Virus record (IMG/VR): IMGVR_UViG_2645728113_000006
DNA length: 64,000 nucleotides
Reading direction: 5' to 3' (one strand)
Source of the DNA: an uncultured virus (IMG/VR IMGVR_UViG_2645728113_000006)
Lineage: Duplodnaviria > Heunggongvirae > Uroviricota > Caudoviricetes
Shown: piece after piece, positions 58,663-64,000 of the stretch
Position numbering within the stretch: position 1 is the first letter of the stretch
Layout: each line of letters opens with the position of its first letter
Notes under the pieces: generated by a model
What the model saw: the letters and a program-made list of their open reading frames with translations, nothing else
Told to the model about the DNA's origin: nothing
Databases searched by the model: none
Made by a program: the position numbers and the translations under genes

Positions 58663-59298
58663 ATGGCTTACGGATTGGAATATAAAAATAACAATGATGT
58701 CGTCACTCTGGATTCTGAGTTTTCGAGGCTGGTTGTTTTGCAGTCCGGAAGATACTCAGGTGGAGTGACTTTTTCACCTGCAATAACAACGGATGAGCCG
58801 CCGCTTGTATTTGTGAGACCGGATGCTTCCGTGACTTTCCAGTATGTAACGATAGGTGGCGGACCGGGCAATTGGACAGGGTTTTCTTATATTGGAGGTG
58901 GTGCTGGAAAATATTTCTGTGCAGCCTTCAAGTCAAGAGAGACTGAAACCTATGGCCTGAGGCTGTGGGATGGCTCTACTAACTTGTTGTTTGATAGTGG
59001 AACGCCTTGCGCTCAGTTTACGAGGGTGATCTCAAGCTGGGCATATGCCGGCTCGGTTGGTACCGGGCAGCCTGGACAATATAAGACAAGCTGGACTGCC
59101 CCGTCACCGCTAGATACTGGGGATTACATGCTGATAAATACAATCGGTATGGATGTTGCTGGGGCCTCAACCAGATACGCGAAGCTTTACTGTGTTTGGG
59201 ATTATGGGGGGAATCAGGTTGTTCCATTTATTGTTGGCGTGAACAATTCTACGCTGGGATTTTTCGTTCCTATAGCATTTGCTAAACCCATATCTTAG
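58663..59298 (+). CDS. Tail tip accessory protein
   Basis: PPLVFVRP; YGLRLWD..LFDS. Confidence 0.75.
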   Translation: MAYGLEYKNNNDVVTLDSEFSRLVVLQSGRYSGGVTFSPAITTDEPPLVFVRPDASVTFQYVTIGGGPGNWTGFSYIGGGAGKYFCAAFKSRETETYGLRLWDGSTNLLFDSGTPCAQFTRVISSWAYAGSVGTGQPGQYKTSWTAPSPLDTGDYMLINTIGMDVAGASTRYAKLYCVWDYGGNQVVPFIVGVNNSTLGFFVPIAFAKPIS

Positions 59299-59363
59299 CG
59301 AGCGATAAGTTACACAAAATCTAAATGACCGCCACGAGCGGTTTTTATTGTCTGGAGAAAAGT

Positions 59364-60926
59364 ATGGGCTGGTACAAGATGGGCACGGTTTCCGTTTCCC
59401 AAGGCTCCAATGCGGTGATTGGCACGGGGACATCCTTCATTGCGAACTCGCGCGTCGGCGATGCACTCCGTGGTCCTGACGGTGAGTGGTACGAAGTCAC
59501 CAACATTGCCAGCGACACGGCGTTATCGATCTCTCCGAATTACCAAGGAGTAACGGTTGTTGCCGGCGGCTATTCTCTGGCGCCTATGCAGGGTTACGTC
59601 AAGGATTCGGCAGATCAGCTGCGCGCAGCGACCAAAGTATTCTCTACCGCTGCTACTGACATGTCTGCCCAGATCGCTCAGGCCAAGGCCTCTTCGGATG
59701 CAGCGAAGGTTAGCGAAACGAATAGTGAGGCATCCGAAGCAAATGCTTCTGCTTCGCGTGATATAGCCAAAAAGTGGGCTGAGGCGGACGATGGGGTTCA
59801 GGTAGAGCCGGGTATGTATTCCTCTAAGGCTTGGGCTAATACCTCGTTGTACTACGCCGACCAGTCAAAGATATCTGAGACCAGTGCTAAGGCATCAGCG
59901 GATGCAGCGGCTGCTTCAGCTTCTGTGCCGCTATCTACTCCTCTCACCAGTCTGAACACTAATAGCTCAACCGTTATCACGGCATCCGATAACATTCTTT
60001 CTGGTTTTGGGAAGCTGCAAGGTCAAAACAAATTAGGTGGGCTGGGTATTCTTCCCGCTGGATCTCCTTGGGTTTCGGACGTTAACGCGCTAACCGCATC
60101 CCGAACATTTACTTACGGTGCCGGTACTACGTCGAATCTTCCCCCTGGTGCTGACTATGGTGAGGGATTATTACTCTATGGTAATTCGGCAAGTGAAGGA
60201 TCAATGTTGTTGTTGAATCATGATACAGATAGAGCATTCATTAAGAGAAAGAGGGCTGGAAATTGGAAGGCCGGAGTCGAATTAGCGATATACCCTCCCG
60301 GTACAACTGTTCTGTCTATAGAGAATGGTGGCACGGGCAGCTCTAGTGGCGTCGCTACGATGTCAGGGGCTACTGCTAGTAATGCGGGCGCAAAGGGACT
60401 TATTCCTGCCCCTGCCGCTGGTGATCAGGCGAAATTTTTGGCGGGGGACGGAACATACAAGTCACCACCTTCTATTACATGGGGAGGAATTGTCGGCGCT
60501 CTTTCATCTCAGGTGGATTTGAAGGCCGCCCTTGATGCGAAGATGAGCATTGCCGACGCAATCTTCACCAAACAGTACCCGGCAAATAATGGTGCGCTTT
60601 TTTGGGTGTCATCCCCTGGGGCTTCAGGCCTATTGACCATTACACACGGACTGGCTGCGACGCCTAAGTTAAAGGTCATGTACGCAAAGTGTGTAACCGC
60701 TGATGGCGGCTTTTCGGTAGGGGATGTTATAGAAGTCGCATGCCCTTCAGGTGATTATGTTGGCTCGACGCCTGGCTATGGGTTTTGTTATTACAGCCCA
60801 GATGCCACAAATATGTTCATTAGGTTTCCAAGTTCTGGATTTTGGAACGGCCTGATCAAAACGAGCGGCGGTCACGTCAGTTACACCATTGCAAACTGGC
60901 AGTATGCCTTTCGAGCTTGGAGTTAA
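59364..60926 (+). CDS. Side tail fibre protein
   Basis: WY..GTV..GTGT.F anchor, Ala/Ser repeats, GLIPAPAAG..KFL.GDG. Confidence 0.85.
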   Translation: MGWYKMGTVSVSQGSNAVIGTGTSFIANSRVGDALRGPDGEWYEVTNIASDTALSISPNYQGVTVVAGGYSLAPMQGYVKDSADQLRAATKVFSTAATDMSAQIAQAKASSDAAKVSETNSEASEANASASRDIAKKWAEADDGVQVEPGMYSSKAWANTSLYYADQSKISETSAKASADAAAASASVPLSTPLTSLNTNSSTVITASDNILSGFGKLQGQNKLGGLGILPAGSPWVSDVNALTASRTFTYGAGTTSNLPPGADYGEGLLLYGNSASEGSMLLLNHDTDRAFIKRKRAGNWKAGVELAIYPPGTTVLSIENGGTGSSSGVATMSGATASNAGAKGLIPAPAAGDQAKFLAGDGTYKSPPSITWGGIVGALSSQVDLKAALDAKMSIADAIFTKQYPANNGALFWVSSPGASGLLTITHGLAATPKLKVMYAKCVTADGGFSVGDVIEVACPSGDYVGSTPGYGFCYYSPDATNMFIRFPSSGFWNGLIKTSGGHVSYTIANWQYAFRAWS

Positions 60927-60930
60927 GCGC

Positions 60931-61284
60931 ATGTCACAATTCTTCTACGTGGATAAAGACGGGAATTATCTTGGAAGCTGGGTTGATGCTGAGGATCCGC
61001 CCGAGCCTGGTCTTATAAGTGTGCCTGCGCCTGACTCGGCGGATCAGATATGGCAGTTCCCAGGTTGGTCCAGCAGCGATCTGTTAGACCGGATGGAAGA
61101 GGATCAGTGGCGCGCCTCGGAAATGCCCAAGGCACAGATGAACATTACCTCTATCGAATATGGGGCCGACGACATCCCAGGTACCGCGGCGCAGTGGAAG
61201 GCCTACTGGCTTGGCCTTCGCAAGTGGACCGAGGAAAACCCTGATTTCCCCGACAGTAGCAAACGACCGGTTCCGCCCAACTGA
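60931..61284 (+). CDS. Tail fibre assembly chaperone
   Basis: WKAY..LRKW....FPD..RP..P. Confidence 0.8.
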   Translation: MSQFFYVDKDGNYLGSWVDAEDPPEPGLISVPAPDSADQIWQFPGWSSSDLLDRMEEDQWRASEMPKAQMNITSIEYGADDIPGTAAQWKAYWLGLRKWTEENPDFPDSSKRPVPPN

Positions 61285-61341
61285 CCCATAGCTAAATACC
61301 AACAACCGCCTTGAGCGGTTTTTTTTCGCCTGGAGAAAAGT

Positions 61342-61767
61342 ATGCCGACCGCAGAAACTCGAGGGGTGCGTAATCGCAACCCCGGCAACATCGACTACAA
61401 CCCGGCCAACCAATGGCAAGGCCAGCTCAAGCCAGACCCCGCCATCGAGAAGCGCTTCGCCCGCTTCGACACTGCCGAGAATGGTATCCGAGCGCTGGGT
61501 AAGCTGCTGCTGACCTACCAGCGTAAGCATGGGCTTAAGACGGTGAAGGCCATTATCAGCCGCTGGGCACCATCGGTAGAGAACGACACCGCCGCCTATG
61601 TGCGCGCCGTCGAGACCAATACCGGCACCCGGCTGGGAGCTGAGATTGATCTGGCCAAGCCTGCAGTGATGTCTGGATTTGTGAAGGCGATCATCCATCA
61701 CGAAAACGCGGGGTATGCCTACCCTGACGCTGTGCTGGCGGAAGGCGTGCGGCGGGCACTGGCATGA
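61342..61767 (+). CDS. Putative endolysin (lysozyme-like)
   Basis: RGVRNRNPGNI; IISRWAP..ENDT.AY; directly upstream of the spanins. Confidence 0.75.
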   Translation: MPTAETRGVRNRNPGNIDYNPANQWQGQLKPDPAIEKRFARFDTAENGIRALGKLLLTYQRKHGLKTVKAIISRWAPSVENDTAAYVRAVETNTGTRLGAEIDLAKPAVMSGFVKAIIHHENAGYAYPDAVLAEGVRRALA

Positions 61768-62279
61768 CGCCCGGGCAGATCCTGGCCGCGATCCTGCTGT
61801 CCATGGCCGTCAGCGCCGGCGGCACCTGGCAGGTGCAGGACTGGCGCACGGGCAAGAAGCTCGCCGAGCAGGCGGGCCAGTTCCAGGCCGACATGGGGCT
61901 GGTCAGCGCTGCCGCCGCCAAGCAAGCACGCGATGCCACCGATAAGCGCCTGACCCTTGAGCAGCAGCTCGCCGGTCAGGACCAACAACACACCCGAGAA
62001 CTGTCCGATGCCCAACGCAACCAGGCTCTACTGCGCGATCGTCTTGCCACTGCTGATCTGCGGCTGTCAGTCCTTCTCGACGCCACGGATTCAGCCGGTG
62101 GCTGCGACGTGCCTGCCGCCCCCGGCGCCGTCGGCGTGGTTCATGCAGCCCGTCGAGCCCAACTTGACCCGGCGCATGCTCAACGAATTATCGCCATCAC
62201 CGATGAGGGCGATAACGGATTGATCGCTCTACGCGCCTGTCAGGGATATGTCACAGAAATACTTAAGAGAAAATATTAA
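61764..62279 (+). CDS. Rz: i-spanin (Rz)
   Basis: N-terminal TM, coiled coil, LRACQGY. Confidence 0.85.
   Translation: MTPGQILAAILLSMAVSAGGTWQVQDWRTGKKLAEQAGQFQADMGLVSAAAAKQARDATDKRLTLEQQLAGQDQQHTRELSDAQRNQALLRDRLATADLRLSVLLDATDSAGGCDVPAAPGAVGVVHAARRAQLDPAHAQRIIAITDEGDNGLIALRACQGYVTEILKRKY
62008..62223 (+). CDS. Rz1: o-spanin lipoprotein (Rz1), embedded in Rz
   Basis: LICGC lipobox; Pro-rich CLPPPAPSAWFM in the +1 frame. Confidence 0.8.
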   Translation: MPNATRLYCAIVLPLLICGCQSFSTPRIQPVAATCLPPPAPSAWFMQPVEPNLTRRMLNELSPSPMRAITD

Positions 62280-62782
62280 AATTTACAGGAGAAGTGCTCC
62301 AGGTATTGGGGGTGAACTTTGTCTCCAAACTTTTTTGTTAAATCTTGAGCTGAGTAGGAGTAGTAGGTTCTTATTTCCCCTAAGCGGTCCAGACGTATAT
62401 CTCCATCATCGTTAAAAAAGTAGGCGTCTTCACCATCTTTTCTAAAGCCGTTTACTATGTGGTGGATAACTTGGGCGTTTGTATATATTGGTGAGGTTGT
62501 TAGCCACTCGGACTCAAAATCACCATCGGCGAACGGTACTCTGTCAGATATTTTCCTATGAAGATATCGCTCAAAGTCTTTTAGTTCTGCTTTTCCAATT
62601 CCAAGCTGCCCTAGGTTATAGCTAACAAATGGCACATAATACGGATTCGAAGTTCGTCCGGCTCTGATCCTGTTTAGAGGATTTTGGCTTGTTGTAAGGC
62701 CAACCTTGCAGGTATTGAAGTCCTTTAGGTCTATCGCAATGTAGATGTGAGCGAAGGGTATAAATGGGTCATTCGGATGCAT
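62276..62782 (-). CDS. GIY-YIG/T5orf172-like protein, AT-rich moron
   Basis: HIYI...CKVGLT..NP..RI..; E..LH; SEW. Confidence 0.75.
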   Translation of the reverse strand: MHPNDPFIPFAHIYIAIDLKDFNTCKVGLTTSQNPLNRIRAGRTSNPYYVPFVSYNLGQLGIGKAELKDFERYLHRKISDRVPFADGDFESEWLTTSPIYTNAQVIHHIVNGFRKDGEDAYFFNDDGDIRLDRLGEIRTYYSYSAQDLTKKFGDKVHPQYLEHFSCKF

Positions 62783-62992
62783 AGAAAATCCTTTTTTGGT
62801 AGATAGGTTGAAGTTCGTAATGTCTAGGTAGTAAAAGTTAAAAAGGTTTTTTACTGTCTAAGGGTTGACTTACTCGTGCTTGAAGTAGAAAAGGCCGGAT
62901 AATCTTGGCAGCCAAAAGTAAAATTATAACTATTCTCGCCCCCTCGACCAACAATTGACAGTGCTGAGGGTATAGCAGTCTCACGTAAGGGG

Positions 62993-63676
62993 TCAGTTGC
63001 TTACCGACTTGATTAGATCCGGGTCGTTGTTTCGCACATTCCCCACGACTGTGTCGACCCTGAACCATTCGAAGGTATCGGCTGGATCTCCCTGGTGCAG
63101 CACCATCTGTTCGGCGCGCTCCTTTGATGTGGCTGGGTCCAACCATTCTCGGGCCAGGTCCGGCGTCAGTACTACGGGGCGCCGATCGTGAATGTCCACC
63201 ATGCCGCCGGCGCTGTCGGCGGTGATGATCACGAAGCCATCGTGCTCGCCTGGGCCTTCATCGGAATCAGGCAGTTGGCCTATGGCCGCACAGAGCACGG
63301 GCGCACCATCCTTCCGGCGTATTAGATAGGGCTGCTTTTTGGGGCCGCCTTCGTCCACCCACTCGAACCAGTTGTTTATGGGCGTGATCGCCCGGTGTGG
63401 CCAGATTGCACGAAAGAATGGGCCGTGGGCCACGTTCTCTACGCGCGCATTGATGGGCGGTGCCCGGTCCTTGGCCCAGTGTGGCCGCCATCCCCACCGA
63501 ACCATGTCGGCGTGCAGCAACTCGCCCTGGAGGTGGAGCAGGGCGACCTGAGTGGATGGGGCCACGTTGTAGCGCTCGAGCGGCAATTCACCCGCGGAGT
63601 TCGCCAGGGCATTGTTCATGCCCAGCGTTGCCACGTACTCACGAATATCGCTGTACTGCGAAATTCTCCCGCACAT
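62993..63676 (-). CDS. SOS response-associated peptidase (SRAP)
   Basis: MCGR start, RYNVAP, INAR.E, IHDRRP. Confidence 0.92.
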   Translation of the reverse strand: MCGRISQYSDIREYVATLGMNNALANSAGELPLERYNVAPSTQVALLHLQGELLHADMVRWGWRPHWAKDRAPPINARVENVAHGPFFRAIWPHRAITPINNWFEWVDEGGPKKQPYLIRRKDGAPVLCAAIGQLPDSDEGPGEHDGFVIITADSAGGMVDIHDRRPVVLTPDLAREWLDPATSKERAEQMVLHQGDPADTFEWFRVDTVVGNVRNNDPDLIKSVSN

Positions 63677-63741
63677 ACACACCTCTCCATCTGTCGAAAT
63701 CCCCTACAGAAAAATTGACCGCAAGCCGACTGCAAAGTTAA

Positions 63742-63757
63742 CTGTACATTCGTACAG
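63742..63757. promoter_or_regulatory. LexA (SOS) box between SRAP and umuD
   Basis: CTGTACATTCGTACAG. Confidence 0.88.
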
Positions 63758-63777
63758 TGCATGTAAAAGGCAGCATC

Positions 63778-64000
63778 ATGAGCTTTACCATTTTAGGCCC
63801 TATATCCGAAGGCGGCACGAAGCTGCCTTTCTGCTCGTTTCGGGTGCCTGCGGGGTTTCCATCGCCGGCAGCCGATCACATCGAGCAGCACATCTCATTG
63901 GATGAGGTCTTAAACATTAGGGCGCCGCACGTCTACCTGATCGCCATCACCGGCGAGAGCATGCAGGGGGCCGGTATTTTCGAGGGCGACCTTGCGGTTG
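63778..64000 (+). CDS. umuD: UmuD/RulA-like protein, truncated by the window end
   Basis: VPAGFPSPAADHIE..ISLD; GESMQGAGIFEGD. Confidence 0.88.
   Translation, partial: MSFTILGPISEGGTKLPFCSFRVPAGFPSPAADHIEQHISLDEVLNIRAPHVYLIAITGESMQGAGIFEGDLAV

Larger units (their letters stand above)
2446..64000. mobile_element. Lambdoid siphovirus-type prophage; left boundary approximate, right end outside the window
   Basis: Integrase-immunity-replication-packaging-head-tail-lysis gene order. Confidence 0.97.

Noticed and set aside
54761..61284. Diversity-generating retroelement or invertible fibre cassette
   Set aside because: No reverse transcriptase, invertase or template/variable repeat pair seen
63778..64000. 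attR / right prophage boundary
   Set aside because: No duplicate of the left junction seen; the window ends inside umuD

Overview
Nearly the whole window (about 2446 to beyond 64000) is one lambdoid, siphovirus-type Pseudomonas prophage. It is inserted at the 5' end of a host ABC-F ATPase gene; the right attachment site lies beyond the window. Gene order: integrase/excisionase, leftward early operon (C5 methylase, NdpA, Gp157, annealase), accessory genes, cI/cro/cII with 3+3 operators, replication, nin/Q, hicAB, holin, packaging, head, tail, fibre, endolysin/spanins, SRAP and umuD. The standout is a 6.5 kb insertion between tail genes K and I. It holds defence-like genes (HEPN-like, AbiTii), an XRE/Arc/antirepressor switch, and a candidate RNA-guided system: a lone RAMP/Cas7-like gene (52255-52830), a winged-helix-like partner, and a non-coding array (53285-53556) of three structured repeats separated by GGY-NN pentamer tracts. 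Reading only the NN dinucleotides with a one-base gap, tract 1 spells codon positions 1-2 of VDKWELYRI (tail-tip gene J, sense). Tract 2 spells NTPGYAFGS (tail gene I, antisense). The prophage's own J and I each match 7 of 9 dinucleotides and differ partly through synonymous Leu and Ser codon-family swaps. This suggests a wobble-skipping guide aimed at competing related phages, with self-escape. All family assignments were made by eye from motifs and synteny; no searches were run.
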